From: Maricaulis sp.
GTDB taxonomy: Bacteria; Pseudomonadota; Alphaproteobacteria; Caulobacterales; Maricaulaceae
DNA length: 64,000 nucleotides
Assembly (NCBI RefSeq): GCF_048270265.1
Contig: NZ_JBLWTD010000012.1
Span: 9,469 to 73,468, forward strand
Direction: 5' to 3'
The position numbers and the translations under genes were made by a program. Below the pieces are notes generated by a model. The model worked only from the letters and a program-made list of their open reading frames with translations, ran no database searches and was not told where the DNA came from. This document shows, one piece after another, positions 21,552 to 32,738 of this stretch. Position 1 is the first letter of the stretch. The number at the start of each line of letters is the position of its first letter.

Positions 21552-22094
21552 GTGTCCGACAAGCGGATCCTCTTGATCATTGGTGGCGGGATCGCCGCCT
21601 ATAAAAGCCTGCTGCTGATCCGCGAATTGCAGCGGCGCGGCATCGGCTCGCGCTGCATCCTCACCTCGGCCGGCGCCGAATTCGTCACCCCGCTCAGTGT
21701 CTCGGCGCTGTCGGGCGAACGCGTTTTCAGCGAGCTGTTCGACCTCACCGACGAATCCGACATGGGCCATATCGAATTGTCGCGCTCGGCCGATCTCGTC
21801 GTCGTCGCGCCGGCCACCGCCGACCTGATGGCCAAGGCGGCCCAGGGTCTGGCCAATGATCTCGCTTCAACCACCCTGCTGGCCACCGACAAGCCGGTGC
21901 TGATGGCGCCGGCGATGAATGTGCGGATGTGGGAGCACAAGGCGACCCAGCGCAATCTGGCGACGCTGAAACAGGACGGCATCCACTTTGTCGGTCCTGA
22001 TGAGGGCGAGATGGCCTGCGGCGAATTCGGACCCGGCCGCATGGCCGAACCGGTCGCGATTGCCGAAGCCGTCGAGGGCCTGCTGCATGGCTGA
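21552..22094 (+). CDS. coaC: Phosphopantothenoylcysteine decarboxylase (CoaC half of CoaBC)
   Basis: GGIAAYK, HIELSR, APATA, APAMN, MACGEFGPGRM; TGA stop at 22092-22094. Confidence 0.85.
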   Translation: MSDKRILLIIGGGIAAYKSLLLIRELQRRGIGSRCILTSAGAEFVTPLSVSALSGERVFSELFDLTDESDMGHIELSRSADLVVVAPATADLMAKAAQGLANDLASTTLLATDKPVLMAPAMNVRMWEHKATQRNLATLKQDGIHFVGPDEGEMACGEFGPGRMAEPVAIAEAVEGLLHG

Positions 22095-22734
22095 GCCGCT
22101 CGCCAGACGGCACGTGCTGATCACCGCCGGCCCGACCCGTGAACCGATCGATCCGGTCCGCTATATCTCCAACCATTCCTCCGGCCAGCAGGGCTATGCC
22201 ATCGCGGCGGCCTGCGCCGCACTCGGCGCGCGCGTAACGCTTGTCTCCGGCCCGACAGCCCTGCCAGACCCTGACGGCATGACCGTGGTGCGGATCGAGA
22301 CCGCGCTGGACATGCTCGCCGCCGTCGAGACCGCCATGCCGGCCGATGTCTTCATCGCCGTCGCTGCCGTCGCCGACTGGCGCCCTGCCGCCCCCTCCGA
22401 CACCAAGATCAAGGCCGACAAGTCGAGCTTTGCCACCCTGCCGCTGGTCGAAAACCCGGACATTCTCAAAACCATCAGCCAACTCGCCAGCGGGCGCCCC
22501 GGCCTGGTGGTCGGCTTTGCCGCCGAGACCCATGATGTCGAGGCGCTCGCCACCGCCAAGCGCATCCGCAAGGGCTGCGACTGGATCGTCGCCAATGACG
22601 TCTCCGGCGATGTGATGGGCGGGGCCGAGAATGCGGTCACCCTGGTCACGGCGCAGGACAGCGAGCACTGGCCGCGCGCGCCCAAGGGCGAGATCGCGGC
22701 CCGGCTGGCGTCCCGCATCGCCGAAGCGCTCTAG
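22087..22734 (+). CDS. coaB: Phosphopantothenate--cysteine ligase (CoaB half of CoaBC)
   Basis: [42 protein letters not shown]; the ATG overlaps the coaC stop (ATGGCTGA). Confidence 0.85.
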   Translation: MAEPLARRHVLITAGPTREPIDPVRYISNHSSGQQGYAIAAACAALGARVTLVSGPTALPDPDGMTVVRIETALDMLAAVETAMPADVFIAVAAVADWRPAAPSDTKIKADKSSFATLPLVENPDILKTISQLASGRPGLVVGFAAETHDVEALATAKRIRKGCDWIVANDVSGDVMGGAENAVTLVTAQDSEHWPRAPKGEIAARLASRIAEAL

Positions 22735-22825
22735 TTTTCCCCAGCGGGCCTGCCGACAGCACTGGCCAGCCAGGCGCTGGCGGGCTTCAATCAAACCCTT
22801 CAGCCACTGCGCCGGACCCGACCCG

Positions 22826-23281
22826 ATGAAAACCATCCACGTCCAGATCAAACCGCTGCCGCATTATGAGGGCCTGGCCCTGCCGGCCTATGAGACGCCG
22901 CAATCGGCCGGCATGGATCTGCGCGCCGCCATCCCGGCCGACGAGCCCATCATCATCCCCCATGGCGAATGGCGCCTGGTGCCGGTCGGCATCGCCATTG
23001 CCCTGCCCGACGGTTTCGAGGCGCAGGTGCGCCCCCGCTCCGGACTGGCCGCCAAAAAAGGGATTTCCTGCGTCAATTCACCCGGCACGGTCGATGCCGA
23101 TTATCGCGGCGAGATCCGGGTCAATCTGATCAATCACGGCAAGGAAGACTTCGTCATCAATCGCGGTGACCGTATCGCGCAAATGGTGATCGCGCCGGTG
23201 ATGCAGGCCTTGTGGCTGGTCACTGCCGAGCTGAACGAAACCCAGCGCGGCACGGGCGGTTTCGGCTCCACCGGCGTGTGA
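22826..23281 (+). CDS. dut: dUTP diphosphatase
   Basis: [35 protein letters not shown]. Confidence 0.97.
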   Translation: MKTIHVQIKPLPHYEGLALPAYETPQSAGMDLRAAIPADEPIIIPHGEWRLVPVGIAIALPDGFEAQVRPRSGLAAKKGISCVNSPGTVDADYRGEIRVNLINHGKEDFVINRGDRIAQMVIAPVMQALWLVTAELNETQRGTGGFGSTGV

Positions 23282-23364
23282 TCGAGAAAGCGTGATCGCT
23301 GCGCGCGGTGACACATGCGTGCCGGCCACCTACATAGCCACCAGTTTCCATTGAGGATTTCCCC

Positions 23365-24311
<947 letters not shown>

Positions 24312-24315
<4 letters not shown>

Positions 24316-25628
24316 CCCCGCAAACTCATCGGCACCGGATCGCAAAAGCTCTTCACGTCGAAGATCCGCTCATCGCAGATGATATCGCCCGGCGTCAGCG
24401 GCCTCGAGAGCTCCAGCCCTTCCAGCGTGCGCGCCCGTGACAGGGCCACATAGGCCTGCCCATGAGCGAAGAGGCGGCGGGCGAGGTCGAGATAGACCTT
24501 GTCGAGGGTGAGGCCCTGGGCCTTGTGGATGGTCATCGCCCAGGCCAGACGCAGCGGGTATTGCGTGAAGGCGCCGGCGGTCGTCTTGGTCAGCGCCCGC
24601 GTCGCCTCGTCAAAGGCATAGGCATTGCGCTCCCACTTGGCCGGCTCGATCGACCAGACATTCTCGCCGATACGCACGCGCACGGCCTTCTCGTCAAAAC
24701 CCTCGACTTCGGCCAGCGTGCCATTGACCCAGCGCCCCTGCGGATCATTGCGCGTCATCATCACGCGGGCACCAATCTTGAGCACCAGAGGCTCCTCGGC
24801 CGGGAAGAGGCGCTGGTCGAACTGGCCCTCGACCTTGGCGTTGAAGGCATGCGGCGTGGTCGGCAGGCCCTCGAGGCGGGCATTATTGATGCGGAAGGCG
24901 GTCTCATTGGTCGCCGTCAGCACGACATGGCTCAGGCTCGCCTCCAGACCGGAGCGGCCGGTGACGCGCTCATTGAGCCGTTCGGCCTCGTCGGCCCGCA
25001 CATCGCCCTCGCGCACGGCATTGAGCAGGTGGATGAAATCCTCATCGGTCTGGCGGAAGACCTCTTCGAGCTCGACCAGCGCGAAACCGGCCTCTCGGAA
25101 GCATTGCGGGTTGAAGAAGAAGGGTCCGCCATGGGTGTTTTCGAGATATTCCGCCTCGCCGCCCTGCACCACCGGCGGCAATTGCGCCAGATCGCCGACA
25201 ATCACCATCTGGACGCCGCCAAACGGCTCATTGCACTCGCGGTTGAGGCGCAGGGACTGGTCGATCGCCCACATCATGTCCGAGCGCACCATGGAGATCT
25301 CGTCGATCACCAGCGTCTCCAGCGCCTTGACGACACGGCTATGGCGCACCTTGCGGATATCGCGGCCGGTAATCACGCGCGGCGGGAGGTGGAAGAAGCT
25401 GTGGATTGTCTGCCCGCCAGCCTGCATCGCGGCAACGCCCGTCGGCGCCAGCACAGCGGCCTTGTTGCCGGCCTGACGCAGCAGCTCGCGCATCAGCGTC
25501 GTCTTGCCGGTGCCGGCACGGCCGGTGAGGAAAATATTCGGCTTGTCGCGCCGCAACCAGCCCAGGAGATTGACCTGGGTTTCGGACAGCGTGGGTTCGG
25601 TGCGGGTGGTGAGTGGGGTGTCGGACAT
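24312..25628 (-). CDS. Pif1-like SF1B DNA helicase
   Basis: [55 protein letters not shown]. Confidence 0.88.
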
Positions 25629-25710
25629 GGCAGCAAACTGCGTCTGTTCGCGGCTCAAGCCAACCGGAATGCACTTGATCAGCGGCAGCTTCTCGGCCAC
25701 CTGTGGACCC

Positions 25711-26481
25711 ATGAGCACCGAGATCGATATCGAACGCTTCGCGCGCCACATCGTGCTACGCGAAATTGGCGGCCCCGGCCAGCAGGCGCTGGGCCGCGCG
25801 CGGGTGACGATTATCGGTGCGGGCGGGCTGGGCGCGCCTGCAAGCCTGTATCTGGCGGCCGCCGGGGTGGGTGAGATCACCCTGATCGATCCCGACACGG
25901 TCAGCCTCGATAATCTGCAACGGCAAATCCTGTTTCGCACCGATGATGTCGGCGCCTCCAAGGTCGAGACGGGAGCGGCGGCGCTGCGGGCGCTCAATCC
26001 GGGAACGCAGGTGAGCGCCATCCAGACCCTGCTGGACTCCGGCAATGCGCGCGAGCTCCTGACCGGTGCCGATCTCATCCTCGATGGTTGCGATAATTTC
26101 GCGACCCGTTTTGCCGTCAATGCCGCCAGCCGGGCGCTCGGCATCCCGCTGGTCTCCGGCGCCATCGGCCGTTGGGACGGCCAGGTCTCGCTGTTCAATG
26201 CCGGGCCTGACGCTCCCTGCTATCGCTGCTGGGTGCCGGAAATTCCGCCCGATGCAGAGACCTGCGCCCGCGTCGGCGTCGTGGGTGCCCTGACCGGCGT
26301 GATTGGGTCGATCATGGCGCTTGAGGCGATCAAGCATGTCTGCGGCGCCGGCGAGACTTTGGTTGGCCGCATCCTGCTGTTTGACGGGCTGAACATGGAC
26401 AGCCGGACGGTGAAGCTCAAACGCGATCCCGGCTGCCCGGGCTGCGGCGGGAACCCGGCTTCAGGACCGGGCGGTCAATAA
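25711..26481 (+). CDS. HesA/MoeB/ThiF family adenylyltransferase
   Basis: IGAGGLG, NLQRQILF, DGCDNF, zinc-binding CYRC and CPGC. Confidence 0.92.
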   Translation: MSTEIDIERFARHIVLREIGGPGQQALGRARVTIIGAGGLGAPASLYLAAAGVGEITLIDPDTVSLDNLQRQILFRTDDVGASKVETGAAALRALNPGTQVSAIQTLLDSGNARELLTGADLILDGCDNFATRFAVNAASRALGIPLVSGAIGRWDGQVSLFNAGPDAPCYRCWVPEIPPDAETCARVGVVGALTGVIGSIMALEAIKHVCGAGETLVGRILLFDGLNMDSRTVKLKRDPGCPGCGGNPASGPGGQ

Positions 26482-26664
26482 CAGGCCCAACCCGATGGCC
26501 ACTCCCGGAGCCAGGCCGAACAGGATGCCCAGCCAGGCATTTCCCGTACTCAGGCCAATAATCAGCCAGAGCAGGAGACCCGCGCCAAGGCCGGCTGCGA
26601 AGCCCAGGGGTTTGTGCAACCGCGGCGGGGGCGGCAAGACAGGGTTTTTCTCGAGAGGGCTCAT
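26461..26664 (-). CDS. Small hypothetical membrane protein
   Basis: 67 aa with two Gly/Leu-rich hydrophobic helices and an RBS-like GGAG upstream. Confidence 0.55.
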   Translation of the reverse strand: MSPLEKNPVLPPPPRLHKPLGFAAGLGAGLLLWLIIGLSTGNAWLGILFGLAPGVAIGLGLLLTARS

Positions 26665-26755
26665 ACGGCCAATATGGAGAACCAGACCTCTCGGGAAGCT
26701 GGGGGCGAGTTTAATTCCTGGTCAGAAACCCGCCCCCGCTCAGAAAATGACCGCC

Positions 26756-27670
26756 CTATTCGTAGGAGACCGCATTGCCGGCCGCATCATTGTACAGCGT
26801 CTGCACCATGCGATCAGTGGTGATGAACCCCCAGTTCCAATCATCGTGGAAATCCGCCAGGGGCTCTGCCGCCCGGACGGCCTCGAGATCGGCACCGCCC
26901 TCCACCAGGGTGCGGACGCGGAAGGCCGCCTCGCGCAACATGTCGAGCGAGGCCTGCAGTTCCACACGCGTGGACAACGGGCCATGCCCCGGGATGATGC
27001 GGGTTTCATCACCGGCTATTTCCAGCCCGCGCTCCATCGCGGCGATATAGCCGTCAACAGAACCTCCGGCGGAAAGATCGATGAAGGGGAAGATTCCCGA
27101 AAAGAAGGTGTCGCCCATGTGGAGCACATCGGCTTGGCGAAAATAGACCATGGCGTCGCCATCGGTATGCGCGCGCGGAATATGCACAGCCTCGACGGTC
27201 TGCCCGTTCATGTGAAAGGTCAGGTCCTGGCCGAAAGTCAGGATCGGCAGCGTGCCCGGTGCCTGGGCCCACTCATCCTCGGCCGCTTCAAGCCGGGTGC
27301 GGATATTGTGGTGGGCGGCGATCGTCGTGCCCTGCTGGGCAAAATGCGCATTGCCCCCGGTATGATCGCCATGCCAGTGGGTGTTGACGATGAAGCGGGG
27401 CGATTGCTCGCCGGCGATCTCGACCACGGCACCTTCAATCACCTCGGTGGTATTGGGAAGCTGGTCGTCGACCATCACCACACCGTCGGGACCGTTGAGG
27501 AGCGCCAGATTGCCGGCAATGCCGGTGGACAACATATAGATCCCGTCACCGAGATCGGTGCTGTCTACGGAAACCTGCGGCTGCTCGTCCTGGGCGGCGA
27601 GCGCCAGCGCAGGCAGTGAATTGGCGGCCAGCAATGCTGCTGCCGTGGTTATGGCCAAACGAAAACGCAT
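26756..27670 (-). CDS. MBL-fold metallo-hydrolase (cyclase-like), exported
   Basis: Signal peptide; THWHGDHTGGN, AHTDGD, HMGD, IPGHG. Confidence 0.9.
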   Translation of the reverse strand: MRFRLAITTAAALLAANSLPALALAAQDEQPQVSVDSTDLGDGIYMLSTGIAGNLALLNGPDGVVMVDDQLPNTTEVIEGAVVEIAGEQSPRFIVNTHWHGDHTGGNAHFAQQGTTIAAHHNIRTRLEAAEDEWAQAPGTLPILTFGQDLTFHMNGQTVEAVHIPRAHTDGDAMVYFRQADVLHMGDTFFSGIFPFIDLSAGGSVDGYIAAMERGLEIAGDETRIIPGHGPLSTRVELQASLDMLREAAFRVRTLVEGGADLEAVRAAEPLADFHDDWNWGFITTDRMVQTLYNDAAGNAVSYE

Positions 27671-27853
27671 CTTGTCCCCTCGCGATTGGCGCCGCTCCGG
27701 CGCTTGAAAGCACGATATGGGGCGTCCGGCCCCGATTGCACCCCCGGAGGGTTCAATTTATCGCGAGCCGCCGACCGGTTCCGTCTCGGTCGTCATAGGG
27801 TTTACGCCGTCTTCACCCTGTTGATCCAAGAGTGGTGATTCAAGGAGTTTCCC

Positions 27854-28414
27854 ATGCACCGCCTCGCTGTTCTGATCGCTCTCATCGTCCTGACTGCGCC
27901 CGTTCAGGCGCAGGAAACCGGGCAGCCGACGCCTTCAGGCCAGGAAGTGCCGCGCTTTGTCAGCCTGAAATTCGATGTCGCCAATGGCCGCTCGGGCCCC
28001 AGCCGCTCCCACCCCGTGGCCTGGCGCTATGTCCGCGCCGGCCTGCCGATGGAAGTCGTCGCCGAGACACCGGACTGGCGCCGCGTCCGCGATCCCGATG
28101 GCGAACTGACCTGGATGCACCGCTCGATCCTTTCCGGCCGGCGCACGGTCGTCACGCTGGACGAGACCCCGCTACGCGCCCGCGCCGATGAAGATGCGCC
28201 CGCCGAGGCGATTGCCGAGCGCGGCGTAATTCTCGCCCTGGAACGCTGCCGCACAGGCTGGTGCCGGGTTGAAGGCCAGGGATATCGCGGCTGGGCAAGG
28301 GCCGACGCGCTATGGGGGGTCTATGCCAGTGAACGCGGCGACGCCCCGGACGACGAGAATGACGGCAGCCCCGCCTTGAGCGGCTCTCTTGCGCGTGATA
28401 CCGCTCTGCCCTGA
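27854..28414 (+). CDS. Bacterial SH3 domain-containing protein
   Basis: Signal peptide, VPRFVSLK...RSGP, and two SH3b-like repeats; usual position upstream of fabA. Confidence 0.85.
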   Translation: MHRLAVLIALIVLTAPVQAQETGQPTPSGQEVPRFVSLKFDVANGRSGPSRSHPVAWRYVRAGLPMEVVAETPDWRRVRDPDGELTWMHRSILSGRRTVVTLDETPLRARADEDAPAEAIAERGVILALERCRTGWCRVEGQGYRGWARADALWGVYASERGDAPDDENDGSPALSGSLARDTALP

Positions 28415-28507
28415 TCCGCCCGGTTTTCACGCAAGACCGGGTCCCCATTCCCAGCCCGGTTACCGGCAGCTCATGCTGCCCGGTCTGTGGCGCAGCTGAT
28501 CGGTTAC

Positions 28508-29032
28508 ATGACTGAACGCCAAAGCTCATTTAGCTACGAAGATCTGATCGCCGCCGGCGAGGGTGGCCTGTGGGGCCCCGACCGGTCGCGGCTGCCCGCC
28601 CCGCCCATGCTGATGATGGACCGCATTCTCCATATCGATGACGATACGGGCGAGCACGGCAAGGGCCATATCGTTGCTGAACTCGACATCAATCCCGACC
28701 TCTGGTTCTTCGCCTGCCACTTCAAGGGCGACCCGGTGATGCCGGGCTGCCTCGGGCTTGACGCCATGTGGCAACTGGTCGGTTTCTTCCTGTGCTGGAA
28801 GGGCAATCCCGGCAAGGGCCGTGCCCTCGGCGTCGGCGAAGTCAAATTCACCGGCGAGATCACACCGGAAACGAAGAAGGTCCGTTATGTGATCGACCTG
28901 AAGCGGGTCATTCAACGCCGTCTGATCATGGCAATCGGCGACGGTCATGTCGAAGCCGATGGCAAGATCATCTATACGGCCAAAGACCTGCGAGTGGGCC
29001 TGTTCCAGCCCGCCGAAACTCAAGAAGACTGA
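28508..29032 (+). CDS. fabA: 3-hydroxyacyl-ACP dehydratase/isomerase
   Basis: [37 protein letters not shown]. Confidence 0.97.
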   Translation: MTERQSSFSYEDLIAAGEGGLWGPDRSRLPAPPMLMMDRILHIDDDTGEHGKGHIVAELDINPDLWFFACHFKGDPVMPGCLGLDAMWQLVGFFLCWKGNPGKGRALGVGEVKFTGEITPETKKVRYVIDLKRVIQRRLIMAIGDGHVEADGKIIYTAKDLRVGLFQPAETQED

Positions 29033-29046
29033 TCCAGGAGTTCGCG

Positions 29047-30261
29047 ATGCGCCGTGTTGTCATCACCGGTCTCGGCATAATTTCTCCCATCGGGAATAAT
29101 GCTGCCGACGTCACCCAATCCCTGCGCGAAGGCAAAAGCGGCATCCGCCGTATGGAAAGCTTTGCGCAATACAATTTCCGTTGCCAGGTTGGCGGCAAGC
29201 CGACGGTCGATCCGGCCGAGCATGTCGACAAGCGGGTCTATCGCTTCATGTCGGAAGGTGCCGGCTGGAACTATATGGCGATGGAGCAGGCGATCGCCGA
29301 TGCGGGCCTGCCCGAATCCGACATCTCCAATGTGCGCTCAGGCATCATCATGGGCTCCGGTGGTCCTTCGGCCGGCACGATCGTCGCCGCTGCCGACATC
29401 ACCCGCGAAAAGGGCCCCAAGCGCGTGGGTCCGTTCGCTGTGCCCAAGGCCATGAGCTCGACGGCCTCGGCAACGCTGGCCACCCCGTTCAAGATCCTGG
29501 GCGTGAACTACACCATCACCTCGGCCTGCACGACCTCGCTGCATTGTATCGGCGCGGCCACCGAGCAGATTCAATGGGGCAAGCAGGACGTCATGTTCGC
29601 CGGCGGTTGCGAGGAGATCCACTGGGCCCTCTCCAACCTGTTCGACGCCATGGGCGCCATGTCCACGAAATACAATGACACGCCGGAGCTCGCCTCACGC
29701 GCTTTCGACAAGGACCGTGACGGTTTTGTCGGCGGTGCAGGCGCCGGCGTTGTCGTTCTGGAAGAATACGAACGCGCCAAGAAGCGCGGCGCCCATATCT
29801 ATGCCGAAGTCACCGGCTATGGCGCCACTTCGGACGGCTATGACATGGTCGCACCGTCCGGCGAGGGTGCCGTGCGCTCGATGAAACTGGCGATGGAAAC
29901 CGTCAACAAGCCGATCGACTATCTCAATCCCCACGCCACGGCGACGCCGGTGGGCGACATCAAGGAGATGGGCGCGGTCAAGGAAGTCTTTGGCGACAAC
30001 GCACCGATGATCTCCGGCACGAAATCCATGACCGGGCACTCGCTCGGCGCGGCCGGCGTGCATGAGGCCATCTATACGCTGCTGATGATGAAGCACAATT
30101 TCGTGGCCCCCTCGATCAATATTTTCGAGATGGATCCGGAAATTGCGGCCCTCAATCTGCCGATCGTCACCGAGACCCGCGATGCCGATATCCAGACCGC
30201 GATGTCGAATTCCTTCGGCTTCGGCGGTACCAATGGCACCGTGGTATTCCAGAAAGTCTGA
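29047..30261 (+). CDS. fabB: Beta-ketoacyl-ACP synthase I
   Basis: ITSACTTS (catalytic Cys), [24 protein letters not shown]. Confidence 0.95.
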   Translation: MRRVVITGLGIISPIGNNAADVTQSLREGKSGIRRMESFAQYNFRCQVGGKPTVDPAEHVDKRVYRFMSEGAGWNYMAMEQAIADAGLPESDISNVRSGIIMGSGGPSAGTIVAAADITREKGPKRVGPFAVPKAMSSTASATLATPFKILGVNYTITSACTTSLHCIGAATEQIQWGKQDVMFAGGCEEIHWALSNLFDAMGAMSTKYNDTPELASRAFDKDRDGFVGGAGAGVVVLEEYERAKKRGAHIYAEVTGYGATSDGYDMVAPSGEGAVRSMKLAMETVNKPIDYLNPHATATPVGDIKEMGAVKEVFGDNAPMISGTKSMTGHSLGAAGVHEAIYTLLMMKHNFVAPSINIFEMDPEIAALNLPIVTETRDADIQTAMSNSFGFGGTNGTVVFQKV

Positions 30262-30298
30262 TCCAAAATTCCTGTGATTACAGGCGAGGAGACACAAG

Positions 30299-31117
30299 AT
30301 GAGTGATATCCAGTTCCCGGCCGGGACCTTGATGAAGGGCAAGCGCGGGCTTGTCATGGGCGTCGCCAACAAGAATTCCATCGCCTGGGGCATTTCCCAG
30401 CAATTGGCTGCCCAGGGCGCCGAGCTGGCCTTTTCCTATCAGGGCCAGGAACTCGAACGCCGTGTCCGTCCGCTGGTCGAAAGCCTCGGCGGCGATCCTT
30501 TCATGGTCGCAGCCGACGTCACCGACGAAGCCTCGATGGATGCCTGTTTTGCGGCACTCAAGGAAAAATGGGGCACGATCGATTTCCTCGTTCACGCCAT
30601 CGCCTTTGCCGGCAAGGACGAGCTGGTCGGATCCTTCACCGAGAACACCACCCGCGAGGGCTGGCGCCGGGCGATGGAAATCTCCGCCTTCTCCTTTGTC
30701 GATGCCGGCAAGCGGGCCTCGCACATGATGCCCAATGGCGGCGCCATGATCACCCTGACCTATCTCGGTTCCGAGCGGGTCGTGCCGTCCTACAATGTCA
30801 TGGGCGTCGCCAAGGCGGCCCTGGAAGCCTCGACGCGCTATATGGCGCGCGATCTCGGCCCCGTCGGCATTCGCGTCAATGCGCTCTCGGCCGGACCGAT
30901 GCGCACCCTCGCCATGGCCGGGATTTCCGGTGGCAAGGCGCTGATGCGTACCGGCCGCGAATGGTCGATGATGAAGGAAGACACCAAGATGGAAGGCGTC
31001 GCCGGCGCCGCCCTCTACCTGCTCTCCGATCTCGGCCTGTCCTGCACCGGCGAGACACTCCATGTCGATGCCGGCTTCCACGCTGTGGCCGTGCCAAGCA
31101 TGGACGGGGATGACTAA
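30299..31117 (+). CDS. fabI: Enoyl-ACP reductase
   Basis: GVANKNSIAWGI, YNVMGVAKAALE, RVNALSAGP. Confidence 0.95.
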   Translation: MSDIQFPAGTLMKGKRGLVMGVANKNSIAWGISQQLAAQGAELAFSYQGQELERRVRPLVESLGGDPFMVAADVTDEASMDACFAALKEKWGTIDFLVHAIAFAGKDELVGSFTENTTREGWRRAMEISAFSFVDAGKRASHMMPNGGAMITLTYLGSERVVPSYNVMGVAKAALEASTRYMARDLGPVGIRVNALSAGPMRTLAMAGISGGKALMRTGREWSMMKEDTKMEGVAGAALYLLSDLGLSCTGETLHVDAGFHAVAVPSMDGDD

Positions 31118-31893
31118 TGCTCGATGAGCTCCGTAAGATCGGATTCGATGTGGGCTGCTATCACCACGCCGATGCCCTTTTGAGCGGTGCTTTTCCTGGT
31201 GCAGTGGAAGAAATTGAAGACACGCTCGCAGCATTTAAGCTTCCGATGTCGTCGCTAGTCGGTAGTGGTGGCGGCGAAACTGAAGGCACGCAGCGGCTGC
31301 GACGAGAGCTCAGCGCGCGCGGCTGGGTAAAGCGGACGATACAGGTCGAAAAGACGGTTGTTACGTTCGAGGGCACCGCAGGAAAGAAAAGCTACACGGA
31401 GCTGGATCGGGCGACTGTTGCTTCACTTTCTCACGAGATTGATCACGTAAAGAGTTTTGAAGCTGGGACAATTTTGCTCGAGATTGAATGGAACAATAAG
31501 GATCCGTTTTTTGATAGAGATTTGGAGAACTTCAAGCGCCTTCATGCCGACGGGGCAGCGAATATCGGAATCCTTATTACACGCGGCCAATCATTTGAGG
31601 ACAATATTACGGCGTTTGTGAAGCGCTACGCGGAGAACCATGACCTCACCTCTCTCGCTGCCCTGATGGACCACGGCCTAGAGCCAACGCGCCGGCAACA
31701 GAACGATATTACTAAAGCCGTCACCCGAGCCGGAGATTTCGCTACCGGTTGGGCCGCCGCCTTCGTCTCCGACAAATATGCTAGCTCGACAACTAATTGG
31801 GCGAAGCTTGAAGATAGAATGCGGCGCGGGGTGGGGAATCCCTGTCCATTGGTCGCGATTGGAATCCCAAGCAGCGTCATTATTGAGGATTAG
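31117..31893 (+). CDS. BglII/BstYI-like type II restriction endonuclease
   Basis: HEIDHVK...LEIEWNNKDPFFDRDLENF fits the D...E-x-E active-site pattern of the BglII/BamHI-like fold; low GC; adjacent to an MT-A70 methyltransferase. Confidence 0.75.
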   Translation: MLDELRKIGFDVGCYHHADALLSGAFPGAVEEIEDTLAAFKLPMSSLVGSGGGETEGTQRLRRELSARGWVKRTIQVEKTVVTFEGTAGKKSYTELDRATVASLSHEIDHVKSFEAGTILLEIEWNNKDPFFDRDLENFKRLHADGAANIGILITRGQSFEDNITAFVKRYAENHDLTSLAALMDHGLEPTRRQQNDITKAVTRAGDFATGWAAAFVSDKYASSTTNWAKLEDRMRRGVGNPCPLVAIGIPSSVIIED

Positions 31894-32523
31894 TCACTCT
31901 GCCGCATCTGCCCGAGAATTATAGGCATAGGTATTCCAACTCGGCTCATAGGCATCGGTAGCCTCATTACCCCAACAAGTCCAATTAGGTCGCGTGCCCC
32001 GCGAAAACATCTCCAAATAGGGACCGCGACTACAAGACTCAATCAAAGGGTATTGCTCATCGGGCTTACGTGAGTGTTCGCGCTTCCGAGTCGCAATAAA
32101 GTTTACTTGGCTACGACCAGGAGCAAGCGTCCGCGCATTTTTGCCCCGAATTCCAAACAGCAAAAGCTCGGTCACATTTCTAAAATAGAATCCCACTCCA
32201 CGGCCATCGGGGCCACCATCTTTACGAATTTTTTCCCAAACGATATTCGACTTATATTCAAAACCCCATTCCTTCATCACTCGAAGGCCGTCGGGCAACA
32301 ACGCATTGGGCACCCAAAGGTATAAATGCGCAGGGTCCGCCGCCACTTCAGAAACGGGCAGGGCGCAGATCTCGTCCAGGTGCATCGTTGAATAGCGAGT
32401 AAGTCGCTTATGTTCAGGAGCGATTTTACCCGTTCGGTTCGCGAACTGCCATGGCGGGTCGGCCAAGATCGTTCCAAACTTCTGCCCGTTGAGTGGTTTC
32501 AAGATGTTTGCGTTCGCATCCAT
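31894..32523 (-). CDS. MT-A70 family adenine methyltransferase
   Basis: ILADPPW catalytic motif, HLYLWVPN, REHSRKP, YLEMFSR; low GC. Confidence 0.92.
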   Translation of the reverse strand: MDANANILKPLNGQKFGTILADPPWQFANRTGKIAPEHKRLTRYSTMHLDEICALPVSEVAADPAHLYLWVPNALLPDGLRVMKEWGFEYKSNIVWEKIRKDGGPDGRGVGFYFRNVTELLLFGIRGKNARTLAPGRSQVNFIATRKREHSRKPDEQYPLIESCSRGPYLEMFSRGTRPNWTCWGNEATDAYEPSWNTYAYNSRADAAE

Positions 32524-32685
32524 GGCGCTATTAGATCTCGTTTTGTTCTGTTTGGCCAGCGATAATTGCCTGATGATGAATCACGATTCGTTCCATAACA
32601 CTCACCTTGTTGTCTGATATCGACCTTCGATAGCTGTGGATCGACTTCCTCGTCGCCTAGCAGCCCGATGTCCAATCACAGAGCC

Positions 32686-32714
32686 CCCCGCCAGCTCGCT
32701 CTGGCGGGGTTTTT
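32686..32714 (+). terminator. Rho-independent terminator, plus-strand oriented
   Basis: CCCCGCCAG-ctcgct-CTGGCGGGG followed by TTTTT. Confidence 0.8.
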
Positions 32715-32738
32715 CATTGAATCAGAGCTATCAGCCCT

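Noticed and set aside
25711-26481. E1-like MoeB/ThiF as part of the Anbu tagging system
   Set aside because: It lies ~16 kb away with no adjacent ubiquitin-like or JAB gene, and an ordinary cofactor-biosynthesis role is sufficient.
32524-32685. Possible controller (C) protein or gene remnant beside the MTase
   Set aside because: I found no credible ORF or HTH motif in this low-GC spacer.
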